Below, piece after piece: positions 47,625 through 60,145 of a stretch of 64,000 nt of DNA. Positions within the stretch are counted from its first letter, which is position 1; every line of letters begins with the position of its first letter. The position numbers were made by a program, and so were the translations under genes. This stretch comes from Macrostomum lignano (taxonomy: Eukaryota). The notes beneath the pieces were generated by a model, which saw only the letters and a list, made by a program, of their open reading frames with translations, was not told where the DNA came from and did not search any database. The stretch lies in contig NIVC01001435.1 of NCBI GenBank assembly GCA_002269645.1, forward strand, positions 124,001 to 188,000, written 5' to 3'.

Positions 47625-50045
47625 ACGTTTATGTTGAGCTTTTGGTTCGACCCTCAGATACTATAAAATTAGATTAGGCCACTGGGGCACATTTGCTTGG
47701 CATTATACAGCTGACCCTACTTTCAGCTCAATAGCAAGTAAGAATTCAAAAGCTATTTTATGAAAATAGAGGCGATTGGAGTTGACTTGTAGACGTAAAC
47801 AGCACTAGCCAGCCCCAGTGAAAATGTACAAGGGCAGCTTCAAGGTAAAACACCGATATTTGTGAGGCGGAAAGACGCGGTCGGGGGAGTTATGCTACAC
47901 CAGAAGCCTAAACTACATTAAAATACTTATGCGACACTTTCTACTGAACTGAAAGTAGCTTATACGCACATTTTGCTGAGTGGCCCATCTGGTTATTCTT
48001 ATAGTATCTGTTGTTCGACCTCTGCTTCTCTATTAAAAATAAAAAAACAGTTAAGTTTCCTTTCGTTTCACTGCGGCGGCAGGAATTTGAATTGATAATA
48101 AAATTCCGTTCCGTTCGAGGAAGGCTTGCTTCGATTGCAAAATTTCAGAAGCAAAAAAATCTCTTTGCTTAATTTTCTTTTAAAAAGAAGCAGTAAAATA
48201 TCTTAAAATTATACCAGGCTATCCTGGTATCTAACATATAACATCTAACATTTAGATCCTAACAACGCGCAAAGCTTATCTAGTTCATCAACATCCATAT
48301 AGCGTGCCTAATATAATCAGATATCCAACATAAGATGTATGTTACTAATTATCGCAGAACAACGCAGTTACCATGCAGAGTTCTAACTGGGCTTGGGGAG
48401 TCACGCCGGAAGTTGTCTGCGGAGTCACCCGCTCGTTGGCTTATGGCCGTAATGTCATGAGCATAAAGCTAATATGTTGGGTGAACTACAAGTTCGCACT
48501 TTCAGTCTGAAAGAAGATTCGAGTTTCGAAAATTCTATATATATGACTATTGTTATAAACTTTTTGTAATTTTGAAAGAGAGCAATATGATCAGATAGAT
48601 CACGGTCCTTTGTATTCCCGAACACAGAAAACAACGATAATTTATTGTTGATTTGCCTGCATCGTGTTAAAATCCAATTCTCGTTTTTTATTCAACGCAG
48701 TTAGGATTTCTATTTGCATTGTAGTACACCCCTAAATTATGCAGCTCTGAGCTCTGTAGCTTCTTTGATCGCCAATTTAAATTTGCCCTAGATGCACTAG
48801 ATTAAACAGATTTATAACTTAAGAAAGGAAATCTGCAAAAAGTGATCTATAGGCCGATCAGAAATATATTCGAGCCTTTTCATAACGTCACCAGACTTAG
48901 CGAAGGCAAACTACGAGACTGCAAGATTTTATTTAATCCTGAGAGCGATAAACATATCTTACATTATTATTTAACCATATGAATTCAAGTCTAAGAAAAA
49001 GCCGAAGTTTTCGAGGGTTATTTAACCTTTTGATTAAACTGTTGGCTTTAATTAAAAACGCTTAAAAGTAAATTAGCCATCTGGGTTTTACTCTTTGTAA
49101 AACATCATTTGAAGTTAAATATCAAGTGTTTGTTAATCTATACTACGTTGTCATAGAAGTTGTAGACGCATCGTTTAAAGTGCATTCAAAATGAAGAGGT
49201 CGTTGGAAATTAGCACGAAAACTTAAAGAACTGAAAGCAGTCTTGCCTTTAGATGAAGTTATCCGTCTGGCTTTTTAGACAGATTTTTGTTCACTGTTTT
49301 TAGTTTTCTCACTTTTTTCAATGGCTCTGCACAAATGTCTAATAGTTATTGTGTTGGTATATGCTACTAAGTATATTTTCTTCGAGAAGTTCGAGAATTT
49401 TCATTACTTCATGTATAAGCTTTTTTACCAAAATCCATTTTATAGCTAGTCAGCTAGATTAGAACAATATAAACAATTAAAAGTAAACTAAAATAAAAGC
49501 ATAGAATTACCCATGAACATTTCTATTATAAAAATAAAAGTAATTATTATATAGGGCATACATAGAAATTTTTTGTTGAATGATTATACACACATAAATT
49601 GCATTTCTTTACTCTATTTATCTTAAAATATATTATTATTTCAAAGTTCTTACTTGAATTGTCGAGTTTTTATGAAACACTTTTGGTTGTGATACATTCA
49701 TGTCTTATTTACAGAAGCGTTTTATTTGTATAAAACAGTAATTTAAATTCCATTAAATAATTAGAGAAGCTTAAGATCTAACTAGAGTTATTTCCAAGTT
49801 TTTAGTTTATAGCAAACATATAGGCAAATTTGCTATATTTGTATTTTAGTAAGAGCTAAAAATACTCATCTCTTTAAAGTCGAGTCAACTTTTTCAATCG
49901 CAAGTCTAACAGAGCCATATTTTATTATTTCTAAAAGAAATTGAAAGAAAGTATAATTCCTGAAGATTTTTAAAGAAATTCTATACTTATTTGCAAATTA
50001 TTTAAATTTCTTTTGTGGTCTCAAATAACTGATGCGCCAGCTGGA

Positions 50046-53000
50046 ATGCCCATCGCCAGGGAGCGAATCGATTCGCTGCAAATCTGCAAGCTGATACAAT
50101 GCGTCCGCGACAGGAACCGGGACCAAATTCGCAAACTCGTGGCCAGCGGCATCCCGCAGCTGGTCAACTACGGAGAGCCGCAGGATGGCGAGACACCGCT
50201 GATTGTGGCGGCCAAGGAGAACGACGAGGATATGGTTGAGGTGGGGCTGGGGGTTGGCTGAACTGCCTGCCTGCATTGTCAGTGTGCGCTTAAACAGAGT
50301 ATGCATCAATCAGCTCACTTCTCGCTGATGATAGACAGACCAGAACGAAATTGCACTGCTATCTGTTCGCTGTTAGACACAACAGCTACCTACACTGTTC
50401 GCTGTTAGACACTATGTAGCATGTCTCACACTACTTCCTTCAAGTTCCCTTAGCAACCCCGCCTAGCCGCTCCATCATCTCTTCCCTACGCTCGCAGTTC
50501 CTCATCAAGGAGATGGGTGCCCTGCCAGACTTCGGCGACCGCGGCGGCGTGACGCCCGCGATGCGCGCAGCAGAGCAGGGCTTCGTGCAAGCGCTGGAGG
50601 CGCTGGCCAAAGCTGGCGCCGATATGAAAGCGCGCGATTCGTCAGGAAAAAGTGAGTTGGAAAATTATCAACTAGAAAAAAGCTAGCCTACGCACTTAAA
50701 ACTTGAATGATGCATGCGCAAATGCATTCACTGACGCAGAGATGCATGTTGCTGCATTTTACCGAATCAAGCCCTTTTCCATGATATTTTACCTAAAACC
50801 AACAAAATTTTACGCGACTGACATTTGCAGATTTCTAGCTGTTTTCTAATACCGTGGTTTGTTTAATGAGGCATCTGTGAAATCTTTAGCCTCAACTGTT
50901 TAAGATCACTCTCATGTTACAGTTCTGTGGGTCCGTTTTATTTCGAAGAATCACCAGTTGAATCACTTTGCTATTTTGTTTTAAATTTACTGGTATTAGT
51001 TATTACTTTGGCTCACTTTGTATCTGTTATTTTTAAACACCGAGTTGCTTCATCTGGAGACAGTAAATGTATATCAGGGAGGCAAGGAAGCGGGGATGGC
51101 ACAGGAGAGGGGGTGGGGAAGGCTGGGTGACGGGGCGGGATTGTGCAGGAGAGGGGATGGGGAAGGCTGGGTGACGGGGCGGGATTGTGCAGGAGAGGGG
51201 GTGGGGAAGGCTGGGTGGCGGGGCGGGATTGTGCAGGAGAGGGGGTGGGGAAGGCTGGGTGGCGGGGCGGGATTGCGCAGGAGAGGGGTGGGGAAGGCTG
51301 GGTGGCGGGGTGGGATTGTGCAGGAGAGGGGATGGGGAAGGCTGGGTGGCGGGGCGGGATTGTGCAGGAGAGGGGGTGGGGAAGGCTGGGTGGGGGATGG
51401 GATTCTTCAGTAGAGGGTAATTAAAAGGACCAGTCTAATTCTGACGCATGTGCATTTCTATTCCCAATACGTGTTGTGCAGACGTGCTGTTCTACTGCAT
51501 CCAGCCCACCGAGCGGCATGCTCAGTGCATGCAGGTGGCGCTAAAACACGAGGCCGACGTCAATTCCGCCGCTAACGACGGTCGGACGGCATTTTTCGTC
51601 GCCTGCGAGACGGCCGACAAGAATCCGGCCTGCTGCCGGGCGCTGCTGGCCCACGGGGCCAACCCGGATGTGGTGCAGCGGGCCAGCAACCGGACCCCGC
51701 TGATGGCCGCCTGCGCCAGCGGCAGCGCCGAAGTGGCCCTGGCGGCGCTGATGGGCGGCGCGGACCCGAACCGGGTGGACAAGCAGAGCTGGACAGCGGC
51801 GCACTACGCGGCCAAGGGAGGCCACCTGAGCTGCCTGATTGCCCTGTCCGGCTACGGAGCCAATTTTGACGCCTACGACCTGCGCCAGTGCAACCCGGTG
51901 CACGAGGCGGCCGCGGCGGACCGGGCGCTGTGCATCAAGTTCCTCGGCCAGCGAGGCTGCAATCCGAAGCCGAAGAACGCCGACGGCGAGACTCCGCGAG
52001 TGATCGCTAAGGACAAAGGCTTCAAGGAGTGCCTGAAAGAGCTACGCAAGGTGGAGAAGTCCTACGGCCGGGCCGGGCGGAACTGCGAGCGCTGGGCGCT
52101 AGCGCTGTACGACTGGACGGTGGTTCGGGGCGCCGATCTTCAGGCGCGGCTGCAGGCGGAGTTTGACACGTCCGGCTCTGGCCAGGTGACTCTGGAGGAC
52201 GCGGCGCAGACGATGCTGGCGCTGGGGGCCCCGTGGACCGAGGACTGCGCCAAGAAGCTCGGGCCGCTGTACGACAAGGCCAAAAACGGCTCGTTCGACT
52301 ATCGCGACTTCCTGCTGGCGAAGAAGTACATCAACAAACTCTACCTCATGTCTGCGTACGAGCCGAAGCAGAAGAAGGGCAAAGGCAAGAAAGGCAAGGG
52401 TGGCCGAAAGAAGAAGGCCAAGTATCCGTTCGAGATCTGCGTGATGCCAGACGAGCAGATGTTGCGCACGGCTGAGGGCGGCCCTCCCATCATGTTCGTG
52501 CCGCAGGTCAGCAACGTCACCGACGCAGAGCGCTTCGACCGGGACCGGCCGCCTGCTCACCCGCTGCAGGACGACTCCGTCTGGTACGTGGCCGCGCCCG
52601 CCCACACCTTCGTCAACATCAACGACGCGGCGAAACACGGCGATCTGGACTCTATTAAGCTGGCTCTGCAGAAGGGCTACAGCACTGAGACGCGGGACCG
52701 CCTGTTCAAGACGCCGCTGATGGTGGCCGCTCACTATGGCAACATGGAGGTGGCCAAGTTCCTGTTGGAGGCTGGGTGAGCATCGGCTTCTGTGTGTCTT
52801 GTGTGATGACGTCAGTGACGCAAAACAAAAGTCCAAAACACAAAGGCTAAGCATCCCAGGACCAGAAGAAACCTCACAAGAGTTAGGGGAAATTGCCCAA
52901 CTCGGAATACAACTAAAACATGAAATGCCGGTGCCCAAACCGAGCTGCTACAGACAATCAGCTGTTACAGACACCCAGCTGTTACAGACACCCAGCTGTT

Positions 53001-55228
53001 ACAGACACCCAGCTGTTACAGAAACCCAGCTGTTACAGACACCCAGCTGTTACAGACACCCAGCTGTTACAGACACCCAGCTGTTACAGACACCCAGCTG
53101 TTACAGACACCCAGCTGTTACAGACACCCAGCTGTTACAGACACCCAGCTGTTACAGACACCCAGCTGTTACAGACACCCAGCTGTTACAGACACCCAGC
53201 TGTTACAGACACCCAGCTGTTACAGACACCCAGCTGTTACAGACACCCAGCTGTTACAGACACCCAGCTGTTACAGACACCCAGCTGTTACAGACACCCA
53301 GCTGTTACAGAAACCCAGCTGTTACAGACACCCAGCTGTTACAGACACCCAGCTGTTACAGACACCCAGCTGTTACAGACACCCAGCTGTTACAGACACC
53401 CAGTTGTTACAGACACCCAGCTGTTACAGACACCCAGCTGTTACAGACACCCAGCTGTTACAGAAACCCAGCTGTTACAGAAACCCAGCTGTTACAGACA
53501 CCCAGCTGTTACAGACACCCAGCTGTTACAGACACCCAGTTGTTACAGACACCCAGCTGTTACAGACACCCAGCTGTTACAGACACCCAGCTGTTACAGA
53601 CACACAGCTGTTACAGACACACAGCTGTTACAGACACCCAGCTGTTACAGACACCCAGCTGTTACAGACACCCAGCTGTTACAGACACCCAGTTGTTACA
53701 GACACCCAGCTGTTACAGACACCCAGTTGTTACAGACACCCAGCTGTTACAGACACCCAGTTGTTACAGACACCCAGCTGTTACAGACACCCAGCTGTTA
53801 CAGACACCCAGTTGTTACAGACACCCAGCTGTTACAGACACCCAGCTGTTACAGACACCCAGCTGTTACAGACACCCAGCTGTTACAGGAAGAATCAACA
53901 ATCAGAAAACGTCACTATCCATATTACTTCAGAGCCGATGTGAATGCACGCGACAATTTCAAATGGACGCCGCTGCACCACGCCTGCCACGCTGGCCTGA
54001 TCGACATGGTCGAACTGCTGCTGAAGAACGGCGCCAACATTGAAGCCGTGGCGCTGAATGGCGCCACACCGTTGCTGCGAGCTATCGAAACGTCAAATCT
54101 CAACCTAGTGGAGTTCCTGCTCAAACAAGGAGCTAAAGCGTCTATTGAGACCAAGACAGGTGAATGAAATGTTGCAACTCAACACCAAAAAAGACTTATT
54201 CAGTCAGCTGTTTAACCCAGCTTTTCTGTTTTCACTCGTATATTTCAAAAAGTTTGTTTTTCCTGTTAAGAATTTCAGGTTTTCTGTGCGCGTTTGGGGC
54301 TGGCCCCGATGGGTGGGAATCGCACGACAGCCCCCCCCCCGGCCAATTTTCGTGCACAAGCCCCAAATGAAAGCGTTTGCTCAAGAGGTACTGATGGGAC
54401 CAGCGAAGACCTTCAACTTTTCATCTGACCTCTACATTTCAGGCGAGATGATTCACGAAGTGGTGCAGATCTGGGGCTCGGCAGAGGTGATCGATTTCAT
54501 TCGCACCAAATTTCCTATCGAAGCGGCCAAGGATGGCAAAGGAAAAGGCGGCAAGGGCGGCGGCAAAGGCGGCGGCAAAAAGGGCGCGGCAGGTGGCGGC
54601 AAAAAGAGCGCCAAAGGGAAGGTGAGGAAACCTAACATATCACAGTGATTTCATGGATTAGATGTGAGTAAAATGCTGTCAGATATTTCCAGACCAACCC
54701 TCGTGTGTACTCGGTGTATACACTGCTACTGCATTCCACCACGCTCTGATAACAAGCACGTCTCTATTGCTTGATGTTACATGCAGTCCCTAGTCCTATC
54801 CTTAATATACCTAGAAGTCCCTGAATTAGCCACTATTCCAATCCTTAACTCAACTCGTCTCAAATCGACTCCCATCTCAGGGCAGCGCAAAAGGCAGCGA
54901 AGGCGGGGCGCGCCGTCTCGCCGACAGCATCGTCCAGGCGCCAGCGCCGGCACCGCGCATCGAAGACGAAGAGGAGGCGCACATCCGGCGGAAGGCTCGC
55001 ATTCTGCACGACGCCAACGCACTAGACGGAGGCTACGAAGAGGCCGAGGACGTGACAGCGCACCCGAAAGGCCACTGGCTGGAGCAGCCGGACACCGGGT
55101 CCCTGCTGGCGTCGAAGTCGCGCTACCGCCAGCGATTCGGCTGGGAGAGCGACTTTCCCGACTATAGAAACCCGTTCCAGCGCAACATCTGGAACAAGCT
55201 GGAGGTGGAGGGAGCGGCCGAGGATTGA
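50046..55228 (+). CDS. ANKEF1: Ankyrin repeat and EF-hand domain-containing protein 1, 6 exons
   Basis: Exons 50046-50240, 50498-50651, 51482-52775, 53933-54159, 54443-54621 and 54881-55228 join in frame. LQICKLIQCVR, VLFYCIQPT, WALALYDW, RFDRDRPPAHPLQDDSVWY and RFGWESDFPDYRNPF match ANKEF1 blocks as I recall them. Confidence 0.92.
51095..51400. repeat. G-rich 44-bp intronic tandem repeat, about 7 copies
   Basis: GGGGCGGGATTGTGCAGGAGAGGGGGTGGGGAAGGCTGGGTGGC units. Confidence 0.9.
52960..53888. repeat. 17-bp intronic minisatellite (CCCAGCTGTTACAGACA), about 54 copies
   Basis: Period 17. It explains the LLQTPSCYRHPAVTDTQ ORFs. Confidence 0.97.
54290..54385 (-). mobile_element. SINE family 2 fragment in ANKEF1 intron 4
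   Basis: ttttcgtgcacaagccccaaatgaa is the reverse complement of the family motif near 39880. Confidence 0.5.
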
Positions 55229-55261
55229 TTGCCTCTCCGTGTGGCCTTCGGCTAATCATAT

Positions 55262-55410
55262 TTAAACAGTAATGTACAGTGTGGGGTAAAGTGCAGGTCA
55301 GTCTGGAGGATAAATAGTGTACAGTGTGAAGGGGGTGGGTGCAGGCCAGTCTGGTTGATAAATAATGTACAGTGTGGGGTGGGTGCAGGCCAGTCTGGAG
55401 GATAAATAAC
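55262..55410. repeat. About 55-bp imperfect tandem repeat, about 3 copies, after the ANKEF1 stop
   Basis: aatgtacagtgtgggg...gggtgcaggccagtctggaggata repeated. Confidence 0.7.
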
Positions 55411-56756
55411 TCCGAGTGCAAATGGGGCGTGGTCTGAAACTAGAAAAGAGAAGAATAAATCATGAATTAGCAACGACAGTTATGGCAAACCAAAATATTA
55501 CATAACTTCCCAGCTTTGGTAAACAATTGCCGTGCCTATGATTCACATTTGCCGTATTTACTCGACTTATTTCACACTGACTGCGTATGCCAAACCACAG
55601 ATTGAACAGTACTGCACAAACTTGCGAATTTGCATGCAGATAGCTTTGTATTGACTAACTAATGTGCATACTTTTGTCTTGCAAGTTTAAAATATACCGT
55701 TACAGAGTTTGCTTTCTTAGTTTTGTTTTTCTATCGAGTTGTTTAAAACAGTTTATAAAGTCAAAAAAAACAATTTTATAGTTTCCTTGTTATTTTCAAT
55801 GCTTAATTTAGTTTGAAACCCGAAAAAGATCATATTCCGCAACGTTTTTGGTGAAATCGTTAAAAATAAACCCAATTCAAATTGGCGCCAAAATGTGCGA
55901 TTGTTAAACCATCCTTAACTATCCTGAAAACTATTATTAACACAACCAAAAACGATTTATTTAATCCTGAAAGTACACTTTGGACGTGTTTTGAAACGAT
56001 TGTTTAGGACTGTTTTTTTTGGCGCGAGTTTAAATTTGATTTTCTTAACAAACGGTCCGCGACCAAACCAGACACGCTTTCGACTAACGGGCGAGTAACG
56101 GTCGAGAAATGAAGATCAAAACCGGAAAAAATCGGACACATTAACTATATTCACTCCGAACATTATGTACAGTATATTGGATGACATGCGTTACACCAAG
56201 TTTACATGTACTCTCGTACATCATATCGGGAGCAAACAATTTTTATGTCACTATAACATCGTCTACCTTCCGATTAAAATCCGGTTACTCAAATTTCGGT
56301 TAAGGCCGGCCTAGTAGCCCCGCTGGTTCAAGATTGAGCAAAGCAATTTACAGTCGGTTCAGAACCATGTTTAACAGTAGAACTACCAAAAGGGGGAATT
56401 CGATCCCCCCACCCTGACAACTTTTTTGCTGCGCTTAGCTGAGATTAGCTGAGGATGTCCAACAGTCGACACTTGCCCGTTGTCAAAGCTTGATCAGCGA
56501 AACTTGAGAAATTCGCATCAAGGTGTTCAGTTCAAGCCATGAACCACCTGAGCCACCTGTTGAAGGAGCCTGGGTGAAGGACAGTGACCAACGAAGTCAG
56601 GGCTGATGCAGACACATGTGGTCGACGTGCTGATGGAATTTTGAGGCTTGGTTTGAACCTTTAGTAGTTAGGGTGTTTAAAGAAAATACTCAAACATACT
56701 CATGATTTTAAAGTGAGAACCTGTTTTCACCATCTATGGCATATAATTTCAAGCAT

Positions 56757-57405
56757 TATTCCTTTTTGCGGCCTAGTTGGCACTGCAAGCTTTCAATTTA
56801 ATCATAGATACGGAAATCAGACTTGCGAGACTGAAAATCTTCTGTCTATGTTCGACACTCGCTGGCATAGCGGAGTTCAATTTAATCCTGGGGGCATCAA
56901 TTTGATCATTCTATGCATTCAATGCACATTTTTACTGTACTGGTAAGTTGTTTTTAGCTTGTCTTTTACATCATGATCCATCATCATGATACATCATGAG
57001 ACTACGACGGCAGTCAGGTTCCAGATGTCCATCAATGATGTAGTGCAAAATGCGGAGGCTGGTACCGGCAGATGCTGAAGTTTATTCCAGCCTGCATCGC
57101 CGGACAGCCAGTCAACTAAACATTTTTCGACTCGACAACATCCAGCGCCAAAGCGTTTATTTGTTTATTGTGTAGTTCTGTTTTCAGTTTTTGTCCACGA
57201 TAAGTAAGCGAATTTTGTTTCAACACAGGATATCTAAGGTTATATGATTAGAATGATCAAATTGATGCCCCCGGGATTAAATTGAACTCCGCTATGCCAG
57301 CGAGTGTCGACCATAGACAGAAAATTTTCAGTCTCGCAAGTCTGATTTCCGTATCTTTGATTAAATTGAAAGCTTGCAGTGCCAACTAGGCTGCAAAAAG
57401 GAATA
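56757..57405. mobile_element. Foldback/MITE-like element with about 157-bp terminal inverted repeats
   Basis: 56757-56913 and 57249-57405 are reverse complements with few mismatches. TA at both outer ends; 335-bp non-coding spacer. Confidence 0.8.
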
Positions 57406-57794
57406 TTGTAAATACACCATCACACTATAAGTGGCTTTTATCAGAATTATATCATCAGCTCAAGCAAGCCGAAATGAGCTCAACCCCTGCTGAGAAAGGT
57501 TGCTTTCTGCATTGCCTGACTGATCAACTGCAGAACTGCAGCTGTGCTTGAGGCAAGCACGGGGGAAGTGGCAGACAACGTACGCGGACCACAGCGCTGC
57601 CATCCTACCATGCAGCTCTCCATTGTTTAGTCGTGTTCTCATCTCTTCTGCTGCTCAGGCTTTGTCTACCTTTACTCCCGCAGCCTCCGCCATCACTGGA
57701 GGGATTACACTGGGAGCATTTCTTCTCCCAAAAGCTGCCTCAACTTCCCGCTCAAGAGAGACAGAGAGTGGGAGAGGGAGAGACGGAAACGTCA

Positions 57795-57808
57795 GTTGCC
57801 ATGACAAC
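57795..57808. promoter_or_regulatory. RFX X-box motif GTTGCCATGACAAC
   Basis: Matches the GTHNYY-AT-RRNAAC consensus, about 170 bp upstream of the ATG at 57976. Confidence 0.6.
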
Positions 57809-57975
57809 CAGAGGTAAACAGCTCTCTCGCCGTACACTCAGAGGAGAAACCAGGAAGGGAGTTTTCAGGGAAGCAGAAAATCTGCATATCCCTATAAAAT
57901 CCGCTGCTCCCCAGTCAAGCAGTATTCCCATATTCTATACTGCCCAGATTCTACAACTCACCCATAGCCAGCAAC

Positions 57976-58515
57976 ATGTCAGCCAGCGGAAGTCAGCTGC
58001 GTCAGAGGAGCAACTTGAGCAGCGAGCCGGCCTACCAGCCCGCGCCCGATGACGACTGGGACCCCAGCATGCCCTACGGCGGCAAGGTGTTTCTAGCCAG
58101 GCGCAAGAAGCCGGACCCGTGGTGGGTGACGGCCATCGAGATCACCGTACTCGTGGGCACGGCCTGTTTCGCCTACTACGCCTATTATTACTTCGATCAC
58201 CTTCACTTCCACGTGACCAAGGCCTACGCCCACATGGGCTTCAAGGAGGCGCAGCACCAGATCGGCCAGCGCTACCTGCACGGCAAAGGTGTGGAGCAGC
58301 ACCATCCGGAGGCGATGCGCTGGTTTCACAAGGCCGCCGAGCAGGGACATCCGCACGCCTCCTACAACCTGGCCGTCGGGCATCTCAAAGGCATCCAGAC
58401 GGAGCTGAAACGAGGCGACGTTCGGCGTTTCCTGCACAGCGCCGCTAATCAGGGCATCGCGCAAGCGCACGACATTATTAATGAGGCCTGCGCCAGGGGC
58501 GCCTGCGACGACTGA
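57976..58515 (+). CDS. Small single-pass membrane protein with Sel1-like repeats, 179 aa
   Basis: Hydrophobic WWVTAIEITVLVGTACFAYYAYYYF segment followed by AQHQIGQRYLHGKGV...AMRWFHKAAEQGHPHASYNLA (Sel1 consensus). GC-rich codon usage like neighbouring exons. Confidence 0.88.
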   Translation: MSASGSQLRQRSNLSSEPAYQPAPDDDWDPSMPYGGKVFLARRKKPDPWWVTAIEITVLVGTACFAYYAYYYFDHLHFHVTKAYAHMGFKEAQHQIGQRYLHGKGVEQHHPEAMRWFHKAAEQGHPHASYNLAVGHLKGIQTELKRGDVRRFLHSAANQGIAQAHDIINEACARGACDD

Positions 58516-60145
58516 GCCTGGGCGGAGGCGTGAGGTGGGTGCGGCTGGGGTTGGCTGCAACTTGCGCCAGCCAATGAGCGACAGACTAGGGGGTAGAGAG
58601 AAGCGAACCTCTATGTACATTCGGTTAGGAGCACAGTGGTTAGACAATGATAGCAGGAAAGACGAATGCCGATATGTATCGATTTGCAGGAAGATATGTA
58701 CCGAACAGTTCCGTAAGTCTAAAGTGACAGTGAAATTTACTCTTTGTTTCTTCTAGTGTAGCAAGTTGACTAATATTTTTGTCTTATTAAAAATTTATCA
58801 ACCCTAATTTCAAACCTTTCAAGTATCAAAAGCAAAAGCTTTGCGATCAAATTATTGTAGTTTCTATTTTCATTATTAATTTCCGAAAATTTAATCTGTT
58901 TAAATTTGTGCCAAGTGTTTTCTTCAAAAAATTGAGGTGTTCTTTTTAAAACCAGAAAAATTATGATCAAAGCAAAACTAGCTGAAGAGGCTGACGAATA
59001 AAATATTAATTGTTAATTGATTAATAGCAATCTCGCACCTTTGTCATCTATAAAAGTGCACTAACAGCTGCAATAAATACACTGCAACTAATCCTAAATC
59101 AAGCGACTAAAAGGCAAATAAAATTTGTTTATCTTTTTCAATTTAATCGCAATTTAAATTCGCCGCATATTGCCGGAAGAATCGAAAGAAAAAGCAACAA
59201 TAATTTATTAAGTAGCTCAACACAATTTAGAATGCAATCCAATCTGTAAGTGGTTGATATCTGATTTTAACAAAATAACTTAATAAACATCTTAGCTTTG
59301 GAATCACAGAACGACAATGTTCAGTTGGGAAAATGGATATAGCGGCGCCGCATCGGTGACTGTGAAACACGCAAAAGACAACGAAAAATATGAATAGATA
59401 AAAATATAGCTAGCTAGTTCACATCAGATAAATTATTTTTGTGAACAACACCAAAAAGGCAAGGAAGAGCTGATATAGAGTTAGCAGTGACATAAAAACA
59501 ACATTGTCAGTAATTACTACTTAAACTGAGTAGTAGCTCACCCTAAAGGTAAATATAAAATTTAGACAATAGGAAAGCAGAAAAGCATAAACTGATAGAA
59601 GCTGAGACCAAACATTGATAGAAGCGATCGAATGCGCACAATGAAAGCGATACAAATTGTAAGCATGTACAAAAATAGTGCTGCGTAAGGGTCGCTGAGT
59701 CGAAATTGATTGCGCTAGTGAAAATAAAATAGAAAGAAATGGTACAAACAGGCCGATAATGCTTATTTTGTAAAATAAAACTTTTACAACTTTGAGATTC
59801 CATATTATTGAAGCAGATCTTCACATAAACTTTTAGAAATCGCTTAACCTTTAAACATGCTTTATTGCATAAAATACAGTAAGGCAAACTTACTTAGCGT
59901 TGACTGCCTAGTCAGCTAATTAGTAGTTATAATTACCTACAAAGCATATGGCCAGTGTCAATCTAAGTGTTATTGGTGGTCTGTAAGGTAATGTAAAGGT
60001 AAACGGCTGGAGTAAATACCAGCAATACTAAGTTCTAAGTGCCTCGTCAGCTAATTAGTAGTTAAAAGCTGCTATAAAAGTACGGCGCAAGTTTAATATC
60101 AACTTTAGAAATAATCAAATAAAACCAATTAGTGGGGGGGGGGCG

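Noticed and set aside
48367-48375. X-box upstream of ANKEF1 (GTTACCATG)
   Set aside because: Half-site only and about 1.7 kb from the ATG.
54781-55167. 128-aa ORF from the track as a separate gene
   Set aside because: The true last ANKEF1 exon (54881-55228) is in another frame and matches the ANKEF1 C-terminus.
57460-58052. Short ORFs upstream of the Sel1 gene as a divergent gene
   Set aside because: No recognisable motifs and no clear splice or codon support.
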